Source of the DNA: a bacterium
GTDB taxonomy: Bacteria > UBA8248
Assembly (NCBI GenBank): GCA_965261085.1
Contig: OZ253442.1
Coordinates: 2,080,001 to 2,144,000, forward strand
Direction of reading: 5' to 3'
DNA length: 64,000 nt
Shown here: piece after piece, positions 26,230 through 36,307 of the stretch
How positions within the stretch are numbered: position 1 is the stretch's first letter
Layout of the letters: every line of letters begins with the position of its first letter
Notes under the pieces: model-generated
The model's input: only the letters and a program-made list of their open reading frames with translations
Databases searched by the model: none
What the model was told of the DNA's origin: nothing
Position numbers and translations under genes: made by a program

Positions 26230-27057
26230 TTACGCATCCGGTATGATCCGTATGAATACTTCACATTCGTTGTTCATACAAGACGTGAAGAAGATGCCGT
26301 CCGCCGGACCATGAGGCTTTCCGGCTAATTTCCATATAGTATAGGCCGTTTTTTTTAATTTTTCCACCGAGGTTTCCAGATCGGCCTTGTTGATGACGAT
26401 CCACTTGCGCGCGCCGGCCTCCACCTTGTGAAAAAGACCGGCGGGATGCGCGCACAACTTCCCGACTGCCTCTGCCGTTATCTCCTCGCCCTCTCCCAGG
26501 CCGCATATGCGTGAAAACGCCTCGGGACGAAAAACATGTGCCTCGCTCAGGGGCGCGCCCACCGCGTCCAGCCCCACGACGCCCAGCACGGCGTCGAGGC
26601 CTTCGGGGAGTAGGGGTTCATCGGGACCCGGCGCCTTGATGGGCAATCTTCTCGCGCCGTCCGCCTCGATGAGCGTGAGGGCGCCGCTTAGCTGTACGCG
26701 CGCGATTTCCGAAGGCGCGAAGCCGCTCAACTTCATGCGCTTCTCACTCTCCTGGCCCGGAACCGGGACTTTTCCCTCTCGTCTGCGGGCGAACCAGGAG
26801 ATTCCGCATTCGTTCATGTAATGCTCGATGTTTTTGGAGAGTGTCTCTACGTCGCCCAGTGCGAGTTGAAGCCCTTCCTCGGGGAGCGGCGCGAAAATCT
26901 TGGTGGTCGTCGTGAGAACTACAGGTTTTCCGCTTTGTGCGTGAAACTGTCTGGCGAGGGCCGTCAGCAGGCTCGTCTTTCCGCCCCCGCCGACCGCCGC
27001 GACGCATTGGCCCGGCCCGATGCCGAGAGAGCGGATGATGTCGTCTTCCGCTACCAA
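26230..27057 (-). CDS. yqeC: Selenium cofactor biosynthesis protein YqeC
   Basis: VGGGGKTS, VLTTTTKI, IEADGARRLPIKAP..EP. Confidence 0.85.
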   Translation of the reverse strand: MVAEDDIIRSLGIGPGQCVAAVGGGGKTSLLTALARQFHAQSGKPVVLTTTTKIFAPLPEEGLQLALGDVETLSKNIEHYMNECGISWFARRREGKVPVPGQESEKRMKLSGFAPSEIARVQLSGALTLIEADGARRLPIKAPGPDEPLLPEGLDAVLGVVGLDAVGAPLSEAHVFRPEAFSRICGLGEGEEITAEAVGKLCAHPAGLFHKVEAGARKWIVINKADLETSVEKLKKTAYTIWKLAGKPHGPADGIFFTSCMNNECEVFIRIIPDA

Positions 27058-28823
27058 GTGTGGCTCTCCACGCCGCCGAGCAGTTCGCGCCTTAGAATGT
27101 TCACGAGTTCGGTGGAGAGCTGGGAGAGGTCCTTCACCACGATGTGGTTGGGGTAGATTTGCTCGACGAAGGGGTCCACCACGCCGACGCCGATGACGCG
27201 GACGCCGAGCTTCTGGAGCCGGTTCACCGTGTTCACGAGGTGGGACGCATCCCCGTTGGGCTGGCCGTCCGAGGTGATGATGATGATTTTCTCCTCCTCG
27301 GGCCGCTGGATGAGCCTCCGGTAGGCGAAGAGCAGGTGTTCCTCGTCCCAGTTGTTGAAGCGCGGGTAGATGTTGACGAGCCTGTTTTTCACCTGGGCGA
27401 ATTGATCTTCAAAACCCTTGTAGATGCGGTGTTGCAGGGGAGAGTGCCGGATGTGGCGGAACTTGAACGCGGGTATGTGGCCCAGGGCCGCCGCCATGGC
27501 GGCTTCTGAACTCTCGGTGGAATAGCCGATGACCTCGAAGGGCACGTCGAGACGATCGAGCGCTTCGGCGAAGAATATGGTCGCCTCCCTGGCGGCCATG
27601 TATTTCGACTCGCGGTTCATGCTGCCGCTTTCGTCCACGAGCAGCGTGAAGCACACGTCGAGCTTGTCGGGTTCTTCTTTCCGGTGGAAGAGATGGAATT
27701 TCCCCAGCCGCTGTTTCCACAGCTTCGGGAGGTTCAGCTTGCCCGAGCGGTGCGAGCCGCTGAAGCGGGTGTAGGTTCTCTCCTGGATGATCTGCATGAG
27801 CTTCCACACCAGCACCTTGATTTGGCTGCCCGCATTGTCGATGACCGCCGCGTATTCCTCGGCCTTGCCCTCGGGCGGCAATACGATGGTCCGCTCGTCG
27901 GGATAATCTGCGGTGGGGTGAATTTCCTTTTTGTTGCCCTCGAGTTCGAACCAGGGAGCGGCCCAGTGACCGAGCGCGGCGAGTTCCTCAGGACTCAGTT
28001 CGACTTGCTCTCCCACGTCGTCCTCGTCGATTTCCTCGGCCGCTTCGGGGTGCAGCATTTCGAGTGGTTCGTCGTCTTCGCCCTCGAGGTTTTGGCTCTC
28101 GATTTTCTGGAGAATCTCTTCGGGAATCTCCGAGAGGTCCTGATCCTCATTCATCCGGGAGAGTTGTTCTTCGGTGAAATAGCGCTGGATGGCGTCATAG
28201 ATTTCATTGGCGCAATCGAAGGCGGTTTTGGGGTCTTCGGCGGCGCAGGCGCGATCTATCAGCGGGATGAGTCTGTGAAAAATCTGAACGACGGCGGAGT
28301 CGAACCAGGCCGCCGGCAAATCTCCGGGCCGCGAGGAGGGGACGCCGGGCGTCTGCCCGATCCCGGCGAGGTAAAGCCCCCATTGAATCTGCAAAAACAA
28401 GGGGAGTTGTCCGCTCATCTGGTTGCGCTCGGCCGCTTCGATGGCCGGGAGAATGAAGGCGCGGAAGTTTTTTTTGGTGCCGGGAAGCGATTCCGCGAGG
28501 CGGTTTTCGCACCGCGCGTCCTCGAGCGTGTGCCATATGTGGAAAAGGCCCGGTCTTTTGCGGTTCGCGAGCGCGGCGCGCCCCGCCCAGCGGAACGTCC
28601 CCTGGATTTTGTGGGCCACCTCGATGAGCGTCATCCCCTTCTGGTATCTGAGCACGTGCTCGTCGTTCAGCCCGCCGCCCAGGCGCGCCAGGGTTTGTTC
28701 GGGGTCTTCGACGTGAATGGCGTCTTCCCCGTTCTTCGCCTTGGGGCCGAAGCTCAGGGCGAGCTCGTAATCGTGCGCGGTCACCTGCGCGAGCGCTTCG
28801 AGACGGGCGCGTCGGCGCTCCAT
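27051..28823 (-). CDS. VWA-domain protein (CobT/NorD-like partner of a MoxR ATPase)
   Basis: HTLEDARCE, acidic linker, LLVDESGSM MIDAS, ITSDGQP. Confidence 0.8.
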   Translation of the reverse strand: MERRRARLEALAQVTAHDYELALSFGPKAKNGEDAIHVEDPEQTLARLGGGLNDEHVLRYQKGMTLIEVAHKIQGTFRWAGRAALANRKRPGLFHIWHTLEDARCENRLAESLPGTKKNFRAFILPAIEAAERNQMSGQLPLFLQIQWGLYLAGIGQTPGVPSSRPGDLPAAWFDSAVVQIFHRLIPLIDRACAAEDPKTAFDCANEIYDAIQRYFTEEQLSRMNEDQDLSEIPEEILQKIESQNLEGEDDEPLEMLHPEAAEEIDEDDVGEQVELSPEELAALGHWAAPWFELEGNKKEIHPTADYPDERTIVLPPEGKAEEYAAVIDNAGSQIKVLVWKLMQIIQERTYTRFSGSHRSGKLNLPKLWKQRLGKFHLFHRKEEPDKLDVCFTLLVDESGSMNRESKYMAAREATIFFAEALDRLDVPFEVIGYSTESSEAAMAAALGHIPAFKFRHIRHSPLQHRIYKGFEDQFAQVKNRLVNIYPRFNNWDEEHLLFAYRRLIQRPEEEKIIIITSDGQPNGDASHLVNTVNRLQKLGVRVIGVGVVDPFVEQIYPNHIVVKDLSQLSTELVNILRRELLGGVESHTW

Positions 28824-28837
28824 GCCTCATCTCCCGG

Positions 28838-29722
28838 CTAGAAGTGGTTGTCTACGATGTCCTCGAGCACTTTGGCGTCGAAAGAGTTGACCTTGCTGAA
28901 GATGGTCGAGGTGGCGGCTTCCATCGGGTTGAACTGCGCCGCCATGCGCGCCCAGTCGATGAGACGCCGGGTGCTGAACGTGCAGAATACCTTTTCGTTC
29001 AGCATGGCCTCACGCACGTCGTGGCCCACGCGCACCATGCGCTTAATCAGCTCCTCGTCGCGGTTCCCGCTTTGCTGCATGATAACCTCGACTTCCGCCT
29101 CGAAGGGCAGGTAGTCCATCTTCACGGTGACCGGAAATCGATCCAGCAGCGCCTCGTTCAGGGGTTTGGTGCCGCTGTACCTGCGGTCCTCGTGCGGGTT
29201 CATGCTGGCGAAAAGCCTGAAGTTCGGGTGAGGCTTGACGATGCGGCCGTCGTATTCCGATAAAACGATCATGTGGTCATCATCAAGCAGGCTGTGCAGG
29301 CAAAAGGCGATTTCGGGCAGACACGCATTGATCTCGTCGATGAGCAGCCAGTCGCCCGATTGCATGGCGTCGACCAGAATGCCGTTCACCCAGTAGGTGC
29401 CCTGTTCGTTGATCATCAGCTTCCCCACGAACTCATCGACCGTGGTCATGCCGTTTAGGTTCACGCGCCGGAAGCCGTTGTTGGTCATGTGGGCGAGATG
29501 GCGCACCGAGAGAGTTTTGCCGACGCCTGTCTCCCCCACGAGGAGGACGGGCAGGTTCTGGCTCACCGCCCAAGCGATGCGCTCAAGCGCATCACCCGCC
29601 GCCAGGTAGAATTGCGCGGGTGGAACGAAGGAGTTGCCGTTGGTTTCGTTGATGGGAATTTCACTGCGCCCGATGCTGTAGGCGCCGTTTTCCACCGTTT
29701 CGGTCAAGATTTCGGTACTCAA
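28838..29722 (-). CDS. MoxR-type AAA+ ATPase (CbbQ/NirQ/NorQ-like)
   Basis: GETGVGKT, LLIDEIN, HPNFRLFASMN, LNEALLDRF, STRRL. Confidence 0.85.
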   Translation of the reverse strand: MSTEILTETVENGAYSIGRSEIPINETNGNSFVPPAQFYLAAGDALERIAWAVSQNLPVLLVGETGVGKTLSVRHLAHMTNNGFRRVNLNGMTTVDEFVGKLMINEQGTYWVNGILVDAMQSGDWLLIDEINACLPEIAFCLHSLLDDDHMIVLSEYDGRIVKPHPNFRLFASMNPHEDRRYSGTKPLNEALLDRFPVTVKMDYLPFEAEVEVIMQQSGNRDEELIKRMVRVGHDVREAMLNEKVFCTFSTRRLIDWARMAAQFNPMEAATSTIFSKVNSFDAKVLEDIVDNHF

Positions 29723-30573
29723 TTCGCATACTCCATGGCTGAAACGCCGAACAGGAACATCATGATGGCCTCGAGCGCGCCGCCGCCGATGGCGCGCGAT
29801 TTATCGGATATCGTGCAGCAATGAACGGGCTCGGCCCTCGGGTCGACGTCGCCCACCTTAAAGCCTGCGCTCACCTCGATGCCGTCTCTCAACAGCCCGC
29901 GCAAGACACCGTCGATGGCGGAGCGCACCTCCTCGCGATTCACACGGGCGACGGCCTCTCCCGCGCTCACCACATCGCCGATCTTGGCGATGGACGTAAA
30001 TATACCGGCTTGGGGCGCGCGCAGCAGCCGCTCTGTGGTGTAGCCGCCGATGGGGCCCGGAACGCCCGTGTTAGGCTTCGCAGCTCCCTCCAGAATTACC
30101 CTCCCCAGGTCGTGTCCCCGAGAAGTCTCGATGACGGCGTGGCAATCAACGCCCGCGGTGAAGCCCGGCCCCAGGCCGATGACGACCTCCGCATCGTCGA
30201 TGCGCGTGCCGAGGTTTCGCTTAGCCAGAATCGCATCGACCACGACAGCGGGCCGAACTTGCGCGACCACCTCGGCGCGCGGGTCCACCATCACCGGAAT
30301 CGAACCCGCATCCAGGATGGCGCGCGCGCTCGTCGCTTTTTCCGCAGGCGTTTCGCCGTCCGCCCGGGCGGAGGTTACACCCTCTACTTTCCATTCATCC
30401 GCATACAGGCACTCGGCGAAGGAAACGGTGCGCCTCACCATTGTGGGGTTCTCGATTTCGGTGATAATGACCGGAAAACCCGCGCGGTGTAAGCGATGCG
30501 CCACGCCGGTGGCGAGGTCTCCGCCTCCCTTGACGAGCACGAGCGTCTCGGCAATGGACCTGCGGTTGCTCAT
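29719..30573 (-). CDS. yqeB: Selenium-dependent molybdenum cofactor biosynthesis protein YqeB
   Basis: KGGGDLATG, VRRTVSF, VDAILAKRNLGT, ETSRGHDLG, KVGDVDPR, ISDKSRAIGGG. Confidence 0.9.
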   Translation of the reverse strand: MSNRRSIAETLVLVKGGGDLATGVAHRLHRAGFPVIITEIENPTMVRRTVSFAECLYADEWKVEGVTSARADGETPAEKATSARAILDAGSIPVMVDPRAEVVAQVRPAVVVDAILAKRNLGTRIDDAEVVIGLGPGFTAGVDCHAVIETSRGHDLGRVILEGAAKPNTGVPGPIGGYTTERLLRAPQAGIFTSIAKIGDVVSAGEAVARVNREEVRSAIDGVLRGLLRDGIEVSAGFKVGDVDPRAEPVHCCTISDKSRAIGGGALEAIMMFLFGVSAMEYAN

Positions 30574-30971
30574 GACGCCTCATCTTCCACGAAGGCCACC
30601 GCGTCGATCTCGATGAGCCATTCGGATTTCGCCAGTCCGCTCACAATCAGGAGCGTGCTCGCCGGGTAGGGCTCGTTGAAACAGGTTTGCCGCACTTCCA
30701 TGCTGCCGGGAAAATTCGCATGATCGGTGAGGTAGACGGTCAGGCGGATGATGTCCTCCATCCCCGCTCCCGCCGCCTCGAGTGCGGCTTTGATGTTCTC
30801 GTACACCTGCCGGGCCTGGGCCTTGATGTCGTCGCCCCCGACGGTGTTGCCGTCCACGTCGGTCGCCACCTGGCCCGCCAGCATGATGAGATGTCCGTTC
30901 GACACTTTCCAGCCCGTGGAATACGCGCCGACCGGCTTTACCTTCTCTGAGTTAATCTGTTGTTTTCCCAT
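30570..30971 (-). CDS. RidA/YjgF family protein
   Basis: GAYS, AGQV, YPASTL, LIEIDAVA. Confidence 0.85.
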   Translation of the reverse strand: MGKQQINSEKVKPVGAYSTGWKVSNGHLIMLAGQVATDVDGNTVGGDDIKAQARQVYENIKAALEAAGAGMEDIIRLTVYLTDHANFPGSMEVRQTCFNEPYPASTLLIVSGLAKSEWLIEIDAVAFVEDEAS

Positions 30972-31273
30972 GGGTTCTCCCTCTCGGATCTCATCAGAAA
31001 AGAAACCTCATCTTTCCCCGAAACGGAAATCTAGCACGGGGCCGAACCCGAGGCAACGCAAACGAGCGGATTTATTGCACGGCATAGGGCAAAAAAGAAC
31101 TTTGCATAGAGGCGTATAAGCGCCTCCGGCAATCGCCCGAAAAGGCGCGATATTTCGTGAAATGTGATTGTTCGTGTGATATGCTTCGCCCTGTATGATG
31201 ATCTGACCCGCCAAACCGGAATGAGGCATACGGGGAAATTTCATGCTTCACCGGGCAAACGAAGAGAGGACCC

Positions 31274-31879
31274 ATGGGTAAATTGCCAAAGTTCGACATG
31301 GACGAGATTTTGATTAAAACAATGGACCAGTTCTGGCGTCACGGGTATTCGGCAACGTCGATTCGCGATCTCGAGAACGCAACAGGCCTTTTCCGAGGGA
31401 GCTTATACCACGCCTTCGGCGGCAAGCGCGAGATGTTCTTCCGGGCGCTCCACCGTTACGACCAACTCTACCGGGAGATCCCGATAAAGGAACTCGAAAA
31501 GCATCCCTCGCCGCGACAGGCGGTGTTGTCCGTGTTCGAGGCCGCCTTGGAGGTGACGGAAAACGGTTCCAGCGACGGCTGCCTCGAAGTGAACGTCGCC
31601 CTGGAGCTTGGTGCGCACGATGCGGACGTGGCTTCGTTCGTGGCCAGCGCGTTCGCCGGCATGCAGAAGTTTCTTCGCGCTTGCATCGAGCGGGGCCAGG
31701 CCTGCGGGGAGATATGCCCCGAAGTCGAGCCGGACCAAACGGCGAAGTCACTGCTCGGTCTGTTCCTCGGGCTCAGGGTGCTGGCGCGCGTCTCTCCCGA
31801 TGTGAGCTTTCTGCAGTCTGTCGTTAGCCAAGCCGAGGCCCTCTTGCCGCCGCCGACCCCGGTTTCTCAGGCTTCGTAA
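31274..31879 (+). CDS. TetR/AcrR family transcriptional regulator (NemR-like)
   Basis: FWRHGYSATSIRDL...GSLYHAFGGK; GCL. Confidence 0.9.
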   Translation: MGKLPKFDMDEILIKTMDQFWRHGYSATSIRDLENATGLFRGSLYHAFGGKREMFFRALHRYDQLYREIPIKELEKHPSPRQAVLSVFEAALEVTENGSSDGCLEVNVALELGAHDADVASFVASAFAGMQKFLRACIERGQACGEICPEVEPDQTAKSLLGLFLGLRVLARVSPDVSFLQSVVSQAEALLPPPTPVSQAS

Positions 31880-31933
31880 AAAAAGACCGGTCCGCGGGAC
31901 CGCGCTTCTTCCTTTTCGGTTGGGATTGATTTC

Positions 31934-32016
31934 CTAGGGACGAGCCCGCCTGTCCGCCCGCCTCGTGTGCCGCCAGGAAGAAAACGTGGGTGGCGGACAT
32001 ATATGTCCGACCCTAC
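31934..32016. repeat. GTAG-family REP-like pair between convergent genes
   Basis: TAGGGACGAG...TGTCCGCCC and GGCGGACATATATGTCCGACCCTAC; similar CCCTAC-ending palindromes near 24130-24146, 58087-58138 and 58601-58627. Confidence 0.5.
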
Positions 32017-32042
32017 AAAAAATCAATGCAAATCCTGCCTTA

Positions 32043-33119
32043 TCAGCCGATATCGATCCGCCGGGTCACCGAGCGCGTGGGGCCGAAGGTGGGCATGTAG
32101 CACGAGTGCTTGCCGGCCCCGCCCGTCACGATGAGGAGTAAGTCTTGGGGCCCGTCGAGAAGCGGGATCTCGAAGTCATCGTCGCCTTCGTTTTTCGCTA
32201 TCTCCTCGCCCCAGGTCTGCATCCCCCACATGGCGCCGCGCTTTAACTGGCGCACGGGCTTTCGGGCGAGCTCGACAATTCTCTGCTTCACGTCCGCTTT
32301 CGTGAGGCCGTCTCCCGCTATGGTCGCCGCGTGCTCGGGGCCGAGGGCGAGAACGGGTTCGCCGCGCAGATAGAAATTGTTGCTCCCCATGATTGACATG
32401 GTATCGGCGGCGGTGGCGAGGATTCCCTCCGCCGTGTGGCTCACGTGATCATTGATGTTGTGGGGTCCCTCGCAGCCCACGAGCGTCACCACACTTTCCT
32501 CAGGCGCAAAACCGCGCTCTACGTGCAGCGGCTCCCAGGGGGAGGCTTCTTCGTTCTCGGCGATGCAGAATGCGTATTTCGCAGGGGATCCTTGCGTGGC
32601 GCGATCCAGAACGCCGGGGCTCGCGCCCCCGATGTTCAGAAGCGCCAGGCGCATCGCGCGGCCTATCGTCGCGTTCGCCCGGTTGCCGGGGGCGAAGCAT
32701 CCATATTCGGCGTTGAGACCGATTTCCTCGACGATGGGGCCGTTCACGATGATGAGAGGCGCCACCGGGTGGGTCGTCGCCTGAATCGCGTGTAGCGAGA
32801 ACTCGGGCTCGAGCACCGCCCGGACCGCTGCCACCAGAACGGGCATGTAAGCCGGCAGACAGCCGGCCATCACGGCGTTCACGGCGAGTGCTTCGGTAGT
32901 GATGATTCCTTGTCGAGGCGGCATGAGGCCGATTTCCGCATCAGGGGCCAGTCCCGCGCCCTCCACCATCCGGGCGACGCGCTCTTGCGTAGGGGGAACG
33001 ACGGGCAGGCCGTCGCCCCATCCTCTGGCTTCCAGCAGGCGCGCGAGCGCCTCGGGCGTGTCGCGAACCTTTACGCGCTCGCTTTCAAGTGCAAGATTTT
33101 CCTGAGAGTGGTCGTTCAT
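32043..33119 (-). CDS. UGSC-associated conserved protein (GDGLP.VPPT family)
   Basis: GWGDGLPVVPPT, VNAVMAGC, GNRANATIGRA, ENEEASPW. Confidence 0.8.
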   Translation of the reverse strand: MNDHSQENLALESERVKVRDTPEALARLLEARGWGDGLPVVPPTQERVARMVEGAGLAPDAEIGLMPPRQGIITTEALAVNAVMAGCLPAYMPVLVAAVRAVLEPEFSLHAIQATTHPVAPLIIVNGPIVEEIGLNAEYGCFAPGNRANATIGRAMRLALLNIGGASPGVLDRATQGSPAKYAFCIAENEEASPWEPLHVERGFAPEESVVTLVGCEGPHNINDHVSHTAEGILATAADTMSIMGSNNFYLRGEPVLALGPEHAATIAGDGLTKADVKQRIVELARKPVRQLKRGAMWGMQTWGEEIAKNEGDDDFEIPLLDGPQDLLLIVTGGAGKHSCYMPTFGPTRSVTRRIDIG

Positions 33120-33132
33120 ACCGAAGGCCCGC

Positions 33133-33741
33133 CTATGCGAAGAGCGCCTTGTGGCGCACCGTCTTTCGGGGCGGGACGTAGGCGCGCTCGCGGTATTCTT
33201 TTCGGAGCGATTCGGCATCGCTCGTGAGTATGCGCCGCACCTCGTCCATCGCGCCGTCTCCCAGAGAGCGCGCTTTTTCGGGCGCAATTCCCCCCACCGG
33301 ATGCGCCACGACGACTATCGGGAGGCCGGGCATCCCCAAAGCCGTTCTCTCGTTCGCGCCAAGGGCCGAAAATTCGCTTGAACAGAACGTGGCCGTCGGA
33401 ACGCCTGCCTTTTCCATCTCCACCGAGTCATGGATACTCCATGACGTGCAACTCCCTCAGTCGCCCACCGCGCAGACTGCCACGTCGATTTGTTCGATGA
33501 ATTCTTCCAGTCGATCCTCGGGCAGGGTCGGGTTCGGCTTTCCCCAGCGGATGAAGCGCAGCGTTTCGTCTTGTTGGGAGAAAAGCTCCTCGATTCGTTC
33601 CAGCAAAACGTCGGCGTTCGGCTTGTTGTTGTGGAAAAAGCCGATTCGGAGTCCCCCCAGGTCTTCGGGGCGCTCCGCCAGGGGGTGGTCGCCCGCGCGA
33701 ACGAAGGAGGTGGGTTTTACGATTTCAATCATCTGGTTCAT
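33133..33741 (-). CDS. UGSC-family selenoprotein (202 aa, Sec at TGA 33457-33459)
   Basis: Two in-frame ORFs joined by TGA: AVGD-U-GSCTSWSIHD; hairpin GTCATGGA-GTA-TCCATGAC just after the UGA. Confidence 0.85.
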
Positions 33742-33769
33742 CTCGAATCTCCGTAATGGGGAACTTGAA

Positions 33770-34936
33770 CTATAAACTTAATAAATTCTGGGCGATGACC
33801 ATCCGCTGAATCTGGTTGGTTCCCTCGATGATTTGCAGTTGCTTCGCGTCTCTCATGAACCGCTCGAGCGGATGGTCTTTCATGTAGCCCGCGCCGCCCA
33901 AGACCTGAACGCCGTCCACGGCGGCCTTCATGGCGGCGTCGGTGGCGTAGCATTTCGCGGCGCAAATGAAATGCACGTGTTCTTTTTGGTAGTCGCCATT
34001 ATCCACCATCGAGGCGGCGCGGTAAACGAGCAGACGGGCCGCCTCGGTTTCCATGAACATGTCGGCGAGCATGAATTGAACGGCCTGGTGCTGGGCGATG
34101 GGTTTTCCAAAAGCCTCGCGTTCTTTTGCGTACCCGGATGCGTAATCGAGACATCCTTGCGCCAGACCCACGCCCCGCGCGCCGATGGCGGGCCGCGCCT
34201 GGTTGAAGCCGAGCATGGCGGTCTTGAAGCCCCGGCCCCGCTCGCCGATCATGTTTTCCAAGGGAACGCGCGTGTTTTCGAGGAAAATCTCACACGTCGG
34301 GATGCCCCGCATCCCCATCTTCCGCTCATGGCGGCCCACGCGGAATTCGCCCCTGGGAACGATGAAAAAAGAGATGCCCCTCGCTCCCGTCCCGGGTTCT
34401 GTCTTCGCCGCCACGGTGATGAAATCAGCCACGCTCGAACCCGTGCAGTAGCATTTCTGGCCGTTGATCACCCACGAATCCCCATCCTTGACCGCCCTCG
34501 TCGATATGTTCGCGGCGTCAGAACCCGCGTGCGGCTCGGTAAGCGAGAAGGCGGGCCGCAACTCGCCCCGGGCGACGCCGGCAAGATAGGTCTTCTTCTG
34601 CGCCTCGCTTCCGCCGACCGCGATGGGCCGCGTGGCGAGCAGGTGGACGGAAAAGAAAAGGGGGGAGTTCGAGCAAAATCGAGCCATCTGTTCGATGGTG
34701 ACGCAAGTTTCCAGGATGCCGAGACCCGCCCCGCCATAAACTTCGGGAACGTAGAGGCCGAGCAGGTCGTGGGATTTCAAGAGCTGAAAGACGTCTTCCG
34801 GGTATTCGTTGTTCTCATCGATTTCGGCGGCGCGCGGCGCGATATGGCGTCGGCTCAGCTCATACACCGTCTCGCCCAGCATCCGCTGCGCCTGATCGAG
34901 TTCGAACGCGCCTCCAGAATCCGGACTTCCCATCAC
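33770..34936 (-). CDS. Acyl-CoA dehydrogenase
   Basis: FSLTEPHAGSD, NGQKCY, KMGMRG, REAFGKPI, QVLGGAGY, IEGTNQIQR. Confidence 0.92.
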   Translation of the reverse strand: MMGSPDSGGAFELDQAQRMLGETVYELSRRHIAPRAAEIDENNEYPEDVFQLLKSHDLLGLYVPEVYGGAGLGILETCVTIEQMARFCSNSPLFFSVHLLATRPIAVGGSEAQKKTYLAGVARGELRPAFSLTEPHAGSDAANISTRAVKDGDSWVINGQKCYCTGSSVADFITVAAKTEPGTGARGISFFIVPRGEFRVGRHERKMGMRGIPTCEIFLENTRVPLENMIGERGRGFKTAMLGFNQARPAIGARGVGLAQGCLDYASGYAKEREAFGKPIAQHQAVQFMLADMFMETEAARLLVYRAASMVDNGDYQKEHVHFICAAKCYATDAAMKAAVDGVQVLGGAGYMKDHPLERFMRDAKQLQIIEGTNQIQRMVIAQNLLSL

Positions 34937-34949
34937 CCTCGGCTTGCTC

Positions 34950-36122
34950 CTAGAGGTCGAGTAGGTTCCGGGCGATGATAATCCGCTGTATCTGGCTCGT
35001 TCCCTCGACGATCTGGATTTGCTTGGCGTCGCGCATGAATCGTTCGAGCGGGTGGTCCTTCATGTAGCCCGCTCCGCCCAGGACCTGAATGCTGTCTATC
35101 GCGCACTTCATCGCCATGTCGGCCGCGTAGGTCTTGGCCGTCGAGAAATACCTGGCGTTCTCCTTGCCGATCTGCCCCGCGTCCACCATGGCGGCCGCGC
35201 GGTAGACGAGCAGCCGCGCCGCCTCGATGTCCATGAACATGTCTGCGAGCATGAACTGTACGGCCTGGTGCTGGGCGATGGGCTTTCCAAACGCCTCGCG
35301 CTCCTTGGCGTAGTTGGCCGCGTAGTCGAGACAGCCCTGGGCCAGACCCACCGCGCGCGAGCCGATGGCGGGCCGCATCTGGTTGAAGCCGATCATCGCG
35401 GTCTTGAAGCCCTGGTTCAACTCACCCACCTGGTTCTCGAGCGGGACGGCCACGTTGTCGAGATTCAGCATGCAGGTCGAGATACCCCGCATTCCCATCT
35501 TGCGCTCGTGCTTGGCGACGCTGAAGCCCGGCGTGTCGGTGGGCACGATGTAGTAGGTGATTCCGCGCGTTCCCGCGTGAGGGTCGGTCTTGGCGGCGAC
35601 GGTGATGAAGTCCGCCTTGTCGGGCCCCGTGCAGAAGCACTTGGTGCCGTTGATGACCCATTCGTCGCCCTCTTTGACGGCGCGCGTGCGGATGTTGCCC
35701 GCATCGGAGCCCGCGTGAGGTTCGGTGAGGGCGTAGGAGCCTCTCAACTCGCCTTTGGCGAGGCCCGTCATGTAGTGGTTTTTCTGCTCCTGCGTGCCGC
35801 TCAAGTCGATGACGCGGCTCGAGAGCATGTTGAGCACGATGAAAAGAGGGGAGTTCGAGCAGACGCGCGCGATCTCCTCGATGGCGATGCAGCCGCCCAG
35901 AAAGCCCATTCCGCCGCCCCCGTATTCCTCGGGGAAGAAGATGCCGAGCAGTCCGTATTCTTTTTGCAGTTGGTAGATGTCTTCGGGGTATTCCTCGTTC
36001 TCGTCGATGTCGGCGGCTCGCGGGGCGATGTAGCGCTCCGAGAGCTCGCGGACCGTCTGGCGAAGCATCTTCTGGGTTTCGTCGAGGTCGAATTGCAGCG
36101 TGGTTTCCGTTTGCAGGCTCAT
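34950..36122 (-). CDS. Acyl-CoA dehydrogenase, tandem paralogue
   Basis: YALTEPHAGSD, REAFGKPI, VEGTSQIQR. Confidence 0.92.
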   Translation of the reverse strand: MSLQTETTLQFDLDETQKMLRQTVRELSERYIAPRAADIDENEEYPEDIYQLQKEYGLLGIFFPEEYGGGGMGFLGGCIAIEEIARVCSNSPLFIVLNMLSSRVIDLSGTQEQKNHYMTGLAKGELRGSYALTEPHAGSDAGNIRTRAVKEGDEWVINGTKCFCTGPDKADFITVAAKTDPHAGTRGITYYIVPTDTPGFSVAKHERKMGMRGISTCMLNLDNVAVPLENQVGELNQGFKTAMIGFNQMRPAIGSRAVGLAQGCLDYAANYAKEREAFGKPIAQHQAVQFMLADMFMDIEAARLLVYRAAAMVDAGQIGKENARYFSTAKTYAADMAMKCAIDSIQVLGGAGYMKDHPLERFMRDAKQIQIVEGTSQIQRIIIARNLLDL

Positions 36123-36307
36123 TTCATGGCTCCAGCGGTTTGATTATTTCGGATAGTTCTCTCTGTTGTTTGGCTCCATGATCCGCCCCGCGGCGATTGC
36201 ATGTCAACGCCCGTGGCGGAATAATGCCCCGATCCCGGTCTTTGGACTTATCCGGCGCTCGCCCGTGATTGAGGCGCGCGCCCCGTTTCGTCGAAGGAGT
36301 CTTGCAA

